From the NCBI GenBank assembly GCA_947085635.1, contig CAMTXC010000002.1, positions 25,356-89,355 on the forward strand: a stretch of DNA of 64,000 nucleotides, read 5' to 3'. The number at the start of each line of letters is the position of its first letter. Positions within the stretch are counted from its first letter, which is position 1. The stretch is from an uncultured Actinomycetes bacterium (GTDB taxonomy: Bacteria; Actinomycetota; Thermoleophilia; RBG-16-64-13). Below are positions 38,749 through 48,947 of this stretch, piece by piece. The notes under the pieces are model-generated. The model saw only the letters and a list, made by a program, of their open reading frames with translations, made no database searches and was not told the DNA's origin. The position numbers and the translations under genes were made by a program.

Positions 38749-39504
38749 GTGGATCGCATCGACGTCTTGGTGAACGGAGCTCTCGGCCGCATGGGCAGCA
38801 CTGTATGTGCGGCCGTTCTCGGCGACCCGGCGCTCACGCTGGTAGGAGGGGCTGATCTCAGCGTCGGCGGGGCGCCCACCGTGAGCGGGCTTCCCTTCTG
38901 TGTTCCGACCCTGGCCGAAGCGCTCGATCGCGCGGAGAACGAGGGCGCGCGGGACGCGACCGCCCGCGTGGTCGTGGAGTTCACGCAGCCAGACGCTGTG
39001 GTGGACAACGTGATCACATGTCTCGAGCGCTCCTGGCCTGTGGTCGTGGGCACGACGGGCATAGGGCCTGACGACATGTCCCGCCTCGCGGAGTTGTCGC
39101 GAGCCACGGGTACTCCCGCTCTGGTCGCGCCCAATTTCGCGCTCGGGGCGGTGCTCATGATGGAGTTCGCTCGGGCGGCGGCTCGCCACTTCACTGCGTG
39201 CGAAGTGGTCGAACTGCACCACGAAGCCAAGATCGACGCTCCCTCGGGGACCGCACGACGCACGGCCGATCTCATCGAAGCGGTCTGGGAAGCCCAGGGT
39301 CTCGAGAAACCCGTACCGGTGCACAGTGTCCGCCTTCCCGGCTTGGTGGCGCACCAGGAGGTCATCTTCGGCGGTCTCGGGCAAACACTCACGATCCGCC
39401 ACGATTCGTTGGCCCGGGAGTCGTTCATGCCCGGCGTGGTCCTGGCTGTGAAACGGGTGGGCGCTCTTCAAGGACTCGTGGTCGGCCTGGAGAACATCAT
39501 GTAG
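38749..39504 (+). CDS. dapB: 4-hydroxy-tetrahydrodipicolinate reductase
   Basis: GALGRMG, VVGTTG, APNF, ELHHEAKIDAPSGTA, HSVRLPG.VAHQEV. Confidence 0.96.
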   Translation: MDRIDVLVNGALGRMGSTVCAAVLGDPALTLVGGADLSVGGAPTVSGLPFCVPTLAEALDRAENEGARDATARVVVEFTQPDAVVDNVITCLERSWPVVVGTTGIGPDDMSRLAELSRATGTPALVAPNFALGAVLMMEFARAAARHFTACEVVELHHEAKIDAPSGTARRTADLIEAVWEAQGLEKPVPVHSVRLPGLVAHQEVIFGGLGQTLTIRHDSLARESFMPGVVLAVKRVGALQGLVVGLENIM

Positions 39505-39567
39505 ATGGGGTCGCACCCCCGCAGCCCATTTCGCTGCCCCGGCGACGCCGATGGAGGCATTCTTAGG

Positions 39568-41238
39568 TTGACTGATACCACTCCCATACTGCGCGTCATC
39601 CCCCTTGGAGGGCTCGGCGCTATCGGGAAGAACATGACGGTGTTCGAGTACGATGACGATCTCCTCGTCATCGACGCGGGCCTCATGTTCCCAGACAGCG
39701 AAATGCTCGGCATCGACCTCGTGCTGCCCGACTTTGCATACCTGCGTGAGCGTAAGGAGCGGGTGGTCGGCATCATCCTCACACACGGCCACGAGGATCA
39801 CGTCGGAGCGCTCCCCTTCCTGCTCCGCGAGATGCCCCACGTGCCGGTATTTGGCACCCGCCTCACCCTGGGCCTGGTCAACGGCAAGCTCGGAGAGCAC
39901 GGCCTGCAGGGCAAGGTGTCGCTCACCGAGATCGAGCCCGGCACGAGCCTGACGGTGGGTGCGTTCACCGCGGAGTTCCTCGAGGTGTGCCACAGCATCC
40001 CCGACGGGGTGGGAGTGGCCCTGCACACGCCTTTGGGCACGGTCGTCCACAGCGGAGATTTCAAGCTCGACCAGACCCCGGTGGATTGCCGGGTCACAGC
40101 GGTCCACCGCTTCGGCGAACTGGGGCAGAAGGGCGTGCTGCTTTTGCTGTCGGATTCCACGAACGCCGAGACCAGCGGCTACACTCGCCCCGAGCGTTCG
40201 GTCGGCCGCAATCTCGAAAGCATCTTCGCCCAGGCGGAGGGTCGGGTGATCGTCGCCTCGTTCGCCAGTCATATCCATCGTATCCAACAGGTGTTCGACG
40301 CAGCTGCCAAGCTGGGACGTTCGGTGGCCGTGGTCGGACGGAGCATGATCAAGAACATCAACATCGCCTCCAACCTTGGGTACCTCACCATCCCCAGCGG
40401 TACGATGGTGCGTCCGCAGGACGTACCCGACATCCCGGCCGACAGGCTGGTGATCATCTCCACCGGCAGCCAGGGTGAGCCGATGTCCGCTCTCGCCCGT
40501 ATGGCGGCCCGCGACCATCATCTGGTCAACATCCTCCCAGGCGACACCGTGGTGATCTCGGCAAAACCGGTGCCCGGCAACGAGCGCAGCGTGCACCGCA
40601 CCATCAATCGTCTCTTCGCCGCCGGGGCGCACGTGATCTACGGAGCCGAAGCGGCCGTGCACGTCTCGGGCCACGCGGCCGCGGAAGAGTTGAAGATGCT
40701 CCTCAATCTGGTGAAGCCCAGGTACTTCGTGCCGGTGCACGGCGAGTACCGTCACCTCTACTTCCACGCGCAACTGGCCCGCTCCGTAGGCGTTCTCGAC
40801 GAGAACGTCTTCATCATGGAAGACGGCGATGTGTTGGAGTTGGACGGCGTCGGTGCACGGATCGCGGGAAAGGTGCAGGCCGGCATGATCTTCGTGGACG
40901 GGCTGGCCATGGGCGACTTCCAGGACGTCGTGCTGCGAGATCGGCACCACCTGGCCACCGACGGCGTCGCGATAGTGGTGATGACTCTCAGCGCTCAAGA
41001 CGGCACGCTGGCCGCGGAGCCGGTGATCGCCTTGCGGGGTTTCGTCCACTCGGGAGACACCGAAGAGGTCGTACAGCAGGTGAAGCAGCGGGTCATGGCC
41101 GCTTTGGCCGGCGACGAGGCGCAGGAGATCGACGATCCGTCGATCCTGAAATCGCACGTGCACGACGAAGTGCAACGCTTCTTCCGCAAGGAGGCGCGAC
41201 GCCGACCGTTGGTCCTGCCCATCATCGTGGAAGTATGA
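39568..41238 (+). CDS. rnj: Ribonuclease J
   Basis: PLGGLG.IGKN, THGHEDH, HSIPD, GDFK, DSTN, TGSQGEP, HVSGH, PVHGE; TTG start after GGAGG. Confidence 0.96.
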   Translation: MTDTTPILRVIPLGGLGAIGKNMTVFEYDDDLLVIDAGLMFPDSEMLGIDLVLPDFAYLRERKERVVGIILTHGHEDHVGALPFLLREMPHVPVFGTRLTLGLVNGKLGEHGLQGKVSLTEIEPGTSLTVGAFTAEFLEVCHSIPDGVGVALHTPLGTVVHSGDFKLDQTPVDCRVTAVHRFGELGQKGVLLLLSDSTNAETSGYTRPERSVGRNLESIFAQAEGRVIVASFASHIHRIQQVFDAAAKLGRSVAVVGRSMIKNINIASNLGYLTIPSGTMVRPQDVPDIPADRLVIISTGSQGEPMSALARMAARDHHLVNILPGDTVVISAKPVPGNERSVHRTINRLFAAGAHVIYGAEAAVHVSGHAAAEELKMLLNLVKPRYFVPVHGEYRHLYFHAQLARSVGVLDENVFIMEDGDVLELDGVGARIAGKVQAGMIFVDGLAMGDFQDVVLRDRHHLATDGVAIVVMTLSAQDGTLAAEPVIALRGFVHSGDTEEVVQQVKQRVMAALAGDEAQEIDDPSILKSHVHDEVQRFFRKEARRRPLVLPIIVEV

Positions 41239-41266
41239 GGCGACGGAAGGAGCACGGAGGCGCGCC

Positions 41267-43966
41267 GTGAGTCCACTCAAGCCCAATGGAGGCGATCCCA
41301 CGGAGGTGCGACCGAAGACCGTGTCTCGGGCTGGGCCCCGGGCCACGCCCCGGAGCCGGTCCCGAAGTACGCGGGCGGCGGGCGGCGCCGAGTCGCCGCC
41401 GCCCACGGAGCAGGCTGCGTGGGCGGCTCACCGAAGTGAGCTCATCGCGCTGACCTGTCTGGGCGCGGCCGCCTTTCTTACCTACGCTCTCATCGTCGGC
41501 GAGTCCGGTGGTCTGCTTGGGGAAGTGGGCGGAGGCGCCCTACGTACCGCTTTCGGGCGGTTGGCGTTCCTTCTTCCCCTCGCCCTTCTCGGCATCGCCG
41601 CCCGCCTGGTGTTCGAATTTCGGATCGACCCGCGCTCCGTCTGGTTCTGGGGCCTGGTCGCCCTCGTGGTGGGGCTCATGGTGCTCGTGGCCGAGGGCTT
41701 CACGCCGTTCGGTCCTGGTCACCCGGCGCAGACGTTCGTGCGGGCGTCGTACGCGGCGCGGGCCGGCTGGGTGGGGGAAGCCGCGTACGTCGGTGGCCTT
41801 CAGCTGGCGGGCACGGTGGGGGTGGCGATTGTCGCCTGGCTTCTCGTCGCTGCCGGTTTGAGCATGGTCACAGGGGTGACGATACGGCGCTTCGTCATGG
41901 GCACGGGCAGGGCGGCCCGGGTCGCTCAGGAGAGCGCTCAGGATCGTGTCAGACGGCTTCGGGTCGCAGCCCGGCAGTCGGGGGAACGGGGCGGCCCTCT
42001 GGACGATCCCTACCTGTCGGGCTTCGGCCCCGGGCCCGGAGTCCCCGAGGAAACCCCGCATCCCTCGCCGCCGCACGGATTGGACGACCCGGCGGGCACG
42101 GTGCCGGCCGAGGATACCGCCGCGGAGCCCTTCGGCCTCGCTTCGGGGGAAGTCGCATTCGACGACGACGCGTTCAGCGAGGCTCCCACCCTACGTTCGA
42201 CGGCGGCGGGGCGGCGCGATCTCGTGGATGGGGCGGCCGTCTACCCCGATATCTACGTGCTGGGCGAACCCGGCTACCACGGCGTGGCCCACCCAGTCAC
42301 AGGAGAGGCGGGAGCGCAGCCTGCTGCCATGACACACACCGCCGCGGACGGACCGTCGCCGGACGGACTGGAGCCGAGCGCCTCTGAGCGAGACGATCGC
42401 GATGGACGCCCGCATCGGCGCGTGGAGCGTCAGCGGCCGCTCCCCGGCATCACTGACGGCGACGGGTTCGGGGTCTCCTCTGGCGCACCCGCCTACCTGC
42501 TGCCCGGTTCCGACCTCCTCAGGAAGACCGTGGGACAACCCCGTGACGAAGGACGTCCCGACTCCGAGACCGCCGCCCTTCTGGTGGAGACGCTCTCTGA
42601 CTTCGGGGTGGAGGCCCGTGTGGTCGGCATGGTGGTGGGTCCCAGGGTCACCCGCTTCGAGCTCCAGCTGGCGCCGGGCACGAAAGTGAGCAAGGTGTCA
42701 GGTCTCAAAGACGATCTGGCGTATGCGCTGGCGTCCACGGAGATACGCATCCTGGCTCCGATCCCGGGGAAGCAGGCGGTGGGCGTGGAGGTACCGAACC
42801 AGAAGCCCACCTTCGTCACTCTGGGAGACATCTACCGCGACTTCCCGAAGACGGCGGGGCCGCTGATGGTGTGGCTCGGAAAGGACATCTCCGGGAAGGC
42901 GGTCTACACCGATCTCGGCCGACTGCCTCACCTGCTGATCGCGGGCACCACGGGTTCCGGTAAGAGCGGGTGCGTGAACTGCATCATCTCTTCGATTCTC
43001 CTCCGGGCTTCTCCCGACCAGATCAAGTTGATCCTGATCGACCCGAAGAAGGTGGAGCTTTCGCACTTCGACTACGTTCCCCACCTGCTGGTGCCTGTGG
43101 TCACCAACATGAAGAACGCCGCCGGGGTGCTCCACAACATCGTAAAAGAGATGGACCATCGTTACGAGTTGATGGAACTCGAACGGGCGCGCAACCTGGA
43201 AGACGCGAACAAGGCCCGGGTGCGCCGGGGGGAACGGCCGCTGCCCTATGTGGTGGTGGTGATCGACGAGCTCGCCGACCTGATGATGGTGTCGCCGGCA
43301 CAGGTCGAGGAGTACATCATCCGGCTCGCCCAGAAGGCGCGCGCGGTAGGTATCCACCTCGTCGTGGCCACGCAACGTCCGTCGGTGGACGTGATCACCG
43401 GCATGATCAAGGCCAACATCCCGTCCAGAATAGCGTTCGCGGTGTCGAGCCAGACGGACTCACGCGTGATCCTCGACACGAACGGAGCCGAGACTCTCCT
43501 CGGAATGGGCGATATGCTCTTCAAGCCCCTCGGTTCGAACCGCCTCCAGCGCATTCAAGGCGCGTTCATCACCGAGGAAGAGATCCATCGTCTTGTCACG
43601 CACTGCCGAAAGCAGGCGCAGCCCGAGTACCGGGAGGAGCTACTCCAACCCCCCGCCCGTGAAGAGGGGCGAGAGGGCGACGCTTTCGATCCCGACAGCG
43701 ATGAACTGCTATCCGATGCCGCGTCCCTGGTGGTCGAGACCGGCACCGCGTCGGTCTCCATGCTCCAGCGTCGTCTCCGCGTCGGCTACACGCGGGCCGG
43801 GCGACTCATCGACATGTTGGAGCGTCGGGGCATCGTGGGGCCACACGAAGGGAGCAAGGCGCGGCAGATCCTGGTGCTCCCCGGGGAGCGTGAGCGGGTG
43901 CTCGAAGGACTCCGGTCCGACGAGCCGCCGTCCAGCGACGTGGACGAGGGGTACGAAGACGAGTAG
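41267..43966 (+). CDS. ftsK: DNA translocase FtsK/SpoIIIE
   Basis: N-terminal TM helices, linker, PHLLIAGTTGSGKS, IDELADLM, ATQRPSVDV; gamma domain SMLQRRLRVGYTRAGRLID. Confidence 0.97.
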   Translation: MSPLKPNGGDPTEVRPKTVSRAGPRATPRSRSRSTRAAGGAESPPPTEQAAWAAHRSELIALTCLGAAAFLTYALIVGESGGLLGEVGGGALRTAFGRLAFLLPLALLGIAARLVFEFRIDPRSVWFWGLVALVVGLMVLVAEGFTPFGPGHPAQTFVRASYAARAGWVGEAAYVGGLQLAGTVGVAIVAWLLVAAGLSMVTGVTIRRFVMGTGRAARVAQESAQDRVRRLRVAARQSGERGGPLDDPYLSGFGPGPGVPEETPHPSPPHGLDDPAGTVPAEDTAAEPFGLASGEVAFDDDAFSEAPTLRSTAAGRRDLVDGAAVYPDIYVLGEPGYHGVAHPVTGEAGAQPAAMTHTAADGPSPDGLEPSASERDDRDGRPHRRVERQRPLPGITDGDGFGVSSGAPAYLLPGSDLLRKTVGQPRDEGRPDSETAALLVETLSDFGVEARVVGMVVGPRVTRFELQLAPGTKVSKVSGLKDDLAYALASTEIRILAPIPGKQAVGVEVPNQKPTFVTLGDIYRDFPKTAGPLMVWLGKDISGKAVYTDLGRLPHLLIAGTTGSGKSGCVNCIISSILLRASPDQIKLILIDPKKVELSHFDYVPHLLVPVVTNMKNAAGVLHNIVKEMDHRYELMELERARNLEDANKARVRRGERPLPYVVVVIDELADLMMVSPAQVEEYIIRLAQKARAVGIHLVVATQRPSVDVITGMIKANIPSRIAFAVSSQTDSRVILDTNGAETLLGMGDMLFKPLGSNRLQRIQGAFITEEEIHRLVTHCRKQAQPEYREELLQPPAREEGREGDAFDPDSDELLSDAASLVVETGTASVSMLQRRLRVGYTRAGRLIDMLERRGIVGPHEGSKARQILVLPGERERVLEGLRSDEPPSSDVDEGYEDE

Positions 43967-44053
43967 CGGAGAACCCACCGAAGTGCGAAAATCAGGGGAC
44001 GTGGCCGAAGGGGCTGGAAGAGCCTCGCAGAGGAGGCGAAAGAGGAGGATGGG

Positions 44054-45121
44054 ATGAGCAGAAGTAAATTGCTGGTGGGTGGGCTGGTTGTGGCCGCGCT
44101 TCTCCTGGTGGGGCTGGCTATGGGGTGCGGAGGCGACTCAACGAGTGGGGACGCCTACAAAGCCGCGATGGCCACAGACGTGGGCAAGCTCGGCGACAAA
44201 TCGTTCAACGATGGTGTGTGGGCCGGTCTCGAGCAGGCCCAGTCCGAGCTGGGGGCCGAAGTATCCTACTTGGTGTCCGAGCAGCAGACCGACTACATCC
44301 CCAACCTGACGCGCCTCACCGAAGAGGGCAACAAGGTTGTCTTCGCCGTGGGCTTTCTAATGACCGACGCGTTGGCCGACGTGGCCAGGGCCAACCCCGA
44401 CACGTTCTACGGCGGCGTCGATGTTGATCTGGCCGATGAGACGTTCACCCCGTACGACCTTCCCAACGTGCGCGAGATCCTGTTCGCCGAGCAGCAGTGC
44501 GGCTATCTTGCCGGGCTTGTGGCAGGGAACATGACGCTCATGGGCGACGCGCACGAGCGCCTGAACGACGACAAGATCGTCGGTCTGGTCGCCGGGATGA
44601 AGATCCCGTCTGTGGACCGCTACATCGCCGGGTTCATCGAGGCGGTCAAGTCGGTCGATCCTGAGATCACCGTGCTGCTCACCTACACCGACACCTTCGA
44701 CGATCCGGGCGCCGGCAAGGAAGCCGCCGTTCCCATGTACGACAAAGGTGCCGACATCGTGTTCCAGGTGGCAGGCAAGACCGGTCTTGGCGTCTTCGAG
44801 GCGGCCAAGGACAAGGGTGGCTTCGCCATTGGCGTAGACATCGACCAGTCGGCCGAACTCCCCGAGGTCATCCTGGTCTCGGCTACCAAGAACCTGCAGA
44901 AGGCGACCATGCAGACCGTCAAGGATGCGATGGAGGGCAACTTCACCGCGGGCAACTGGGTCTTCGACCTGAAGAACGACGGGGTGGGCCTCTCGTCGTT
45001 CCACGATTTCGACTCGATTATCCCGCAGACCCTGAAGGACGCCCTCGAGAAGGCCAAGGCCGACATGGCCGCCGGGACGCTCCAGCCGGCGACGATCGTC
45101 GACGACACCTTGGTCAACTAG
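44054..45121 (+). CDS. BMP-family ABC substrate-binding lipoprotein (nucleoside-type)
   Basis: Lipobox LAMG-C, GDKSFN, VGF, F.EQ..GYLAG, AGKTGLG, IGVDIDQ. Confidence 0.9.
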   Translation: MSRSKLLVGGLVVAALLLVGLAMGCGGDSTSGDAYKAAMATDVGKLGDKSFNDGVWAGLEQAQSELGAEVSYLVSEQQTDYIPNLTRLTEEGNKVVFAVGFLMTDALADVARANPDTFYGGVDVDLADETFTPYDLPNVREILFAEQQCGYLAGLVAGNMTLMGDAHERLNDDKIVGLVAGMKIPSVDRYIAGFIEAVKSVDPEITVLLTYTDTFDDPGAGKEAAVPMYDKGADIVFQVAGKTGLGVFEAAKDKGGFAIGVDIDQSAELPEVILVSATKNLQKATMQTVKDAMEGNFTAGNWVFDLKNDGVGLSSFHDFDSIIPQTLKDALEKAKADMAAGTLQPATIVDDTLVN

Positions 45122-45168
45122 GCTTTTGCAGGTCGGTCAGACCGGTCGCAGGTACTGCGAACGGGATT

Positions 45169-45201
45169 GCGGCGGTCGGGTCGGTGCGACCCGACCGCCG
45201 C
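45169..45201. repeat. Perfect 15-bp inverted repeat after the binding-protein gene (likely mRNA-stabilising hairpin)
   Basis: GCGGCGGTCGGGTCG (45169-45183), GTG, CGACCCGACCGCCGC (45187-45201). Confidence 0.75.
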
Positions 45202-45266
45202 TTCTGACGGCCGGCCCGAGCACTCATCCGGCCGGCAGGCGCACCCGATACCCACAAGGTGACCAT

Positions 45267-46832
45267 GTGCAGGCGATAAGCGAGAGCCGCCCTGGAGCGG
45301 AGGGCGCCTCTGAAGACATAGTCGTCAGGCTGCGGGAGATCTCGAAATTCTTCCCGGGAGTGGTCGCCAACGACCGCGTGAACCTCGACCTTCGTCGCGG
45401 CGAGATCCACGCCCTGCTCGGCGAGAACGGTGCGGGCAAGACCACCGTGATGAACGTCCTCTATGGACTGTACGGTCCGGATGGAGGCAGCATCGAGGTC
45501 GAAGGGCGCCATGTACGTATCAACTCGCCCAACACAGCCCTCTCGCTCGGCATCGGCATGGTGCACCAGCACTTCATGTTGATCCCCCGGTTCACCATCG
45601 TCGAGAACGTCGTGCTGGGGCATGAGCCGCGCACCGGCTTCGGGGCCCTCGACCTCGTCGAGGCCCGGCGCAGGCTGACGGAGCTCTCGCGGGAGTTCGG
45701 CCTGGCGGTGGAACCGGACCGGCTCGTCGAGGACGCCTCGGTCGGCATGCAGCAGCGCGCGGAGATACTGAAGGCCTTGTATCTGGGCGCCAAGGTGTTG
45801 ATCCTCGACGAGCCCACCGCGGTGCTGGCGCCCCAGGAGGTCGACGACCTCTTCGCGACGATCCGTTCGCTCACGGAGGGCGGCCTGTCGATCTTCTTCA
45901 TTACGCACAAGCTGGAGGAGGTCATCGAGATCAGCGACCGGGTCACGGTCATCCGCGCCGGTCGGGTCATCGAGACGGTCGACACCGGGCAGACCACGAA
46001 AGAGGAGCTTGCCCGTCGCATGGTCGGGCGCGAGGTGGTGCTCCGTGTCGAGAAGAAAGAGCACGCCGTGGGAGAGCCGATCCTCGCGGTGGAGGAGCTC
46101 ACGGCGACCGATCACCGAGGCCTCACCGCCATCGACGGGATCTCGTTCGTCGTCGGAGCGGGGGAGATCGTGGGCATCGCCGGGGTCGACGGCAACGGCC
46201 AGCGCGAACTCGAGGAGGTGCTCATCGGCTTTCAGAAGCCAACTGGTGGACGGATCCTCCTTTCTGGCGAAGATGTGAGCCGCCTCGACGTGCGCAACCG
46301 CATCGATCGCGGCGTCGGTCTGATACCGCAAGACCGCCAGAGGAGAGGTCTTGTGCTCGACTTCGACCTGGTTGAGAACGTCCTCCTTGGGAATCAGTGG
46401 CGGGCGCCCTACTCGCGCCCGCTCGGCATCGACTACTCGTATCTTCGTGAACAGACCGAGGAGACGGTCCGCGAGTTCGACGTCAAGACGCCTTCGGTCG
46501 ATGTCGACGCGTCCACTCTTTCGGGAGGGAATCAGCAGAAGCTGATCCTGGCACGCGAGATCAGGCGGGGCCCGAAGCTGCTTGTGGCCGCCCAGCCCAC
46601 GCGTGGTCTCGACGTGGGGGCAATCGAGTTCGTGCATCGTCAACTCCTTGAGTTGCGGGAGTGCGGCGTCGCCATCCTCCTCATCTCCTACGAGTTGGAA
46701 GAGATACTCTCCCTGGCCGATCGCATACTCGTGCTGTACGAGGGCGGCATCGCCCACGAGGTCTCGGGTGACGATGCGGTGAGGGAAGAAATAGGTCTTG
46801 CCATGACCGGTGGGAGCCGAAGGAGTGAGTAG
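45267..46832 (+). CDS. Nucleoside/sugar ABC transporter ATPase (two NBDs)
   Basis: GENGAGKTT, MVHQHF, ILDEPT, GVDGNGQ, LSGGNQQK, QPTRGLD. Confidence 0.93.
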   Translation: MQAISESRPGAEGASEDIVVRLREISKFFPGVVANDRVNLDLRRGEIHALLGENGAGKTTVMNVLYGLYGPDGGSIEVEGRHVRINSPNTALSLGIGMVHQHFMLIPRFTIVENVVLGHEPRTGFGALDLVEARRRLTELSREFGLAVEPDRLVEDASVGMQQRAEILKALYLGAKVLILDEPTAVLAPQEVDDLFATIRSLTEGGLSIFFITHKLEEVIEISDRVTVIRAGRVIETVDTGQTTKEELARRMVGREVVLRVEKKEHAVGEPILAVEELTATDHRGLTAIDGISFVVGAGEIVGIAGVDGNGQRELEEVLIGFQKPTGGRILLSGEDVSRLDVRNRIDRGVGLIPQDRQRRGLVLDFDLVENVLLGNQWRAPYSRPLGIDYSYLREQTEETVREFDVKTPSVDVDASTLSGGNQQKLILAREIRRGPKLLVAAQPTRGLDVGAIEFVHRQLLELRECGVAILLISYELEEILSLADRILVLYEGGIAHEVSGDDAVREEIGLAMTGGSRRSE

Positions 46833-47973
46833 AGCGCCGGTCACCCGCCCCTCCATCGGCGCGCGGGCGCGACGACTGGGGTTCGCCATCACACAGCCGG
46901 TCGGCAGCGTCGTCATCGCCTTGGTCATCGGCGCGATTATCATGATCGCCTTCGGTTTCGATCCGATCAAGGGGTACGGCGGGCTCTTCCGTTACGCGTT
47001 CCTCTCCGAGTTCAACCTCACGGTGACCATCCTGAACTCGGTGCCGCTGGTGTTCACCGGGCTCGCCGTCGCGTTCGCCTTCCGGTGCGGTCTCTTCAAC
47101 ATCGGCGCGGAGGGGCAGCTGCTCGTAGGGAGTCTCTTCGCGGGGTGGTTGGGCACACTCATTCACCTGCCCATGATCCTCACCGTCCCCATTCTGCTCA
47201 TCACAGGGTCGGTGATGGGAGCCCTCTGGGCTTTGCTGCCCGGTGTGCTGAAGGCCACAACAGGCGCCCACGAGGTCATCACGACCATGATGATGTCGTG
47301 GATCGGCCTGTATCTCACCTCCTATCTGGTGAAGAACGTCCTGATGGATCCTCGCTCCACGATCCCCGCTTCGAACAAGATCACGGAGCAGGCGCAGCTC
47401 CTCACCTTCGACGAGATCCTCCCCTTCCTGTTCGGAAGGCCTACCCGCCTACACATCGGGGTGTTCCTTGCGGTACTGGTCGCCGTCTTCATCTGGTACC
47501 TGCTCACGCGCACATCACTCGGCTTCAGCGTGCGGGCCGTGGGCTCCAACCCCTTTGCCGCGGAAGCGGGAGGGGTGCGCATCCGCAGCAGCATCGTGGT
47601 GTCGCTCCTCATCTCCGGCGCCTTGGCCGGGCTCGCCGGCACCGTGGAGATACTGGGCCTTCATCATCGGGTGTTCGATCGCTTCTCGGCCGGCTATGGG
47701 TTCACCGGCATCACCGTGGCGCTGCTCGCCAAGAACCATCCGCTTGGAGTGATCCCCGCGGCGTTGCTCTTCGGTGCGCTCACCAACGGAGGCGCCGGCA
47801 TGCAGCTTGCGGCCGACATACCCATCGACATCGTCGACGTGCTGTCGGGAGTCATCATTTTCCTGGTGGCCGCCGAGGAGATCGTGAAAGGTCTGGGCCG
47901 ACGGCAGGCCAAGAGACAGGCGGCGGCCCGCTCGCTCGCGCTCTCCTCCGGTGACGAGGGGACGGTGGCCTGA
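46825..47973 (+). CDS. Nucleoside ABC transporter permease 1
   Basis: GLFNIGAEGQ, HEVITT, GYGFTGITVALL; multi-TM. Confidence 0.92.
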   Translation: MSRAPVTRPSIGARARRLGFAITQPVGSVVIALVIGAIIMIAFGFDPIKGYGGLFRYAFLSEFNLTVTILNSVPLVFTGLAVAFAFRCGLFNIGAEGQLLVGSLFAGWLGTLIHLPMILTVPILLITGSVMGALWALLPGVLKATTGAHEVITTMMMSWIGLYLTSYLVKNVLMDPRSTIPASNKITEQAQLLTFDEILPFLFGRPTRLHIGVFLAVLVAVFIWYLLTRTSLGFSVRAVGSNPFAAEAGGVRIRSSIVVSLLISGALAGLAGTVEILGLHHRVFDRFSAGYGFTGITVALLAKNHPLGVIPAALLFGALTNGGAGMQLAADIPIDIVDVLSGVIIFLVAAEEIVKGLGRRQAKRQAAARSLALSSGDEGTVA

Positions 47974-48947
47974 TGGACTTCGGACACGTCCTTCAGGTGG
48001 TGTTCGACATTCTGCGTGATCCGTCCACATATCAGGCCATGCTGCGCATCTCCACGCCTCTGGCGCTCGCGGCCATCGGGGGAGCGTTCTGCGAGCGCAC
48101 TGGAGTGGTCAACATCGCCCTCGAGGGCATCATGCTGGTTGGAGCGTTCTCGGGCGCCCTGTTCTCCTACTACGCTACGAACAGCTGGGGTTTCTCCGAC
48201 GAGGTCGCTCCGTGGGTGGGGCTGGTGGGTGCGGTGACGATGGGCATGCTGTTCTCGACGCTCCATGGGGTGGGCAGCATCCACCTTCGCGCCGACCAGG
48301 TGGTCGTGGGGGCTGCTCTCAACATCCTCGCCCTGGGGGCCACGGGGTTCCTCACGCAGGCCTTGTTCGGAGTGGCCGGGGCCTCGCCTCGCGTGGCTTC
48401 GTTCGACCCGATGCCCATCCCGGTGCTGTCGAAGATCCCCTTCCTTGGCCCGGTGCTGTTCGATCACACCCCTATCGTGTATATGGCCATCGTCATCGCC
48501 ATCGGGGGCCAGTACGTCCTGTTCCGCACCCCGATCGGCCTGCGTATGAGGGCGGTGGGGGAGCATCCGAAGGCGGCGGATACCGTGGGCGTCTCGGTCT
48601 ACCGTATTCGCTACATGGGCGTGCTGATCTCTGGTGCGCTCGGTGGGCTGGCCGGCGCCAACCTGTCGCTGGAGTCGGTCTCCCAGTTCTCGGAGAACAT
48701 GACCCGCGGTCGGGGCTTCATCGCCCTGGCGGCCAATATCTTCGGCAAGTGGACGCCGGTGGGATCCTGGCTGTCGTCCTTGCTGTTCGGTTTTGCGGAA
48801 TCCCTGAAGCTGCGCACCCAGGTGATCGACCTGCCACCGGAGTTCATCTTGATGCTGCCGTACGTGCTCACCATCGTGGTTCTCGCCGGCGCCATGGGTC
48901 GCGCCGTTCCGCCAAACGCGATCGGTAAGCCGTACTCGAAGCAGTGA
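47973..48947 (+). CDS. Nucleoside ABC transporter permease 2
   Basis: ERTGVVNIALEG, R.VGEHP.AADT.G, GRGFIALAA.IFG, LPYVLT. Confidence 0.92.
   Translation: MDFGHVLQVVFDILRDPSTYQAMLRISTPLALAAIGGAFCERTGVVNIALEGIMLVGAFSGALFSYYATNSWGFSDEVAPWVGLVGAVTMGMLFSTLHGVGSIHLRADQVVVGAALNILALGATGFLTQALFGVAGASPRVASFDPMPIPVLSKIPFLGPVLFDHTPIVYMAIVIAIGGQYVLFRTPIGLRMRAVGEHPKAADTVGVSVYRIRYMGVLISGALGGLAGANLSLESVSQFSENMTRGRGFIALAANIFGKWTPVGSWLSSLLFGFAESLKLRTQVIDLPPEFILMLPYVLTIVVLAGAMGRAVPPNAIGKPYSKQ

Noticed and set aside
37404-44054. Genome-wide TAG recoding suggested by in-frame junctions pnp/M16, dapB/rnj and ftsK/BMP
   Set aside because: TAG ends many genes at their conserved C-termini (rplS, infB, rny, rimP), most TAG junctions are out of frame, and about one third in frame is expected by chance.
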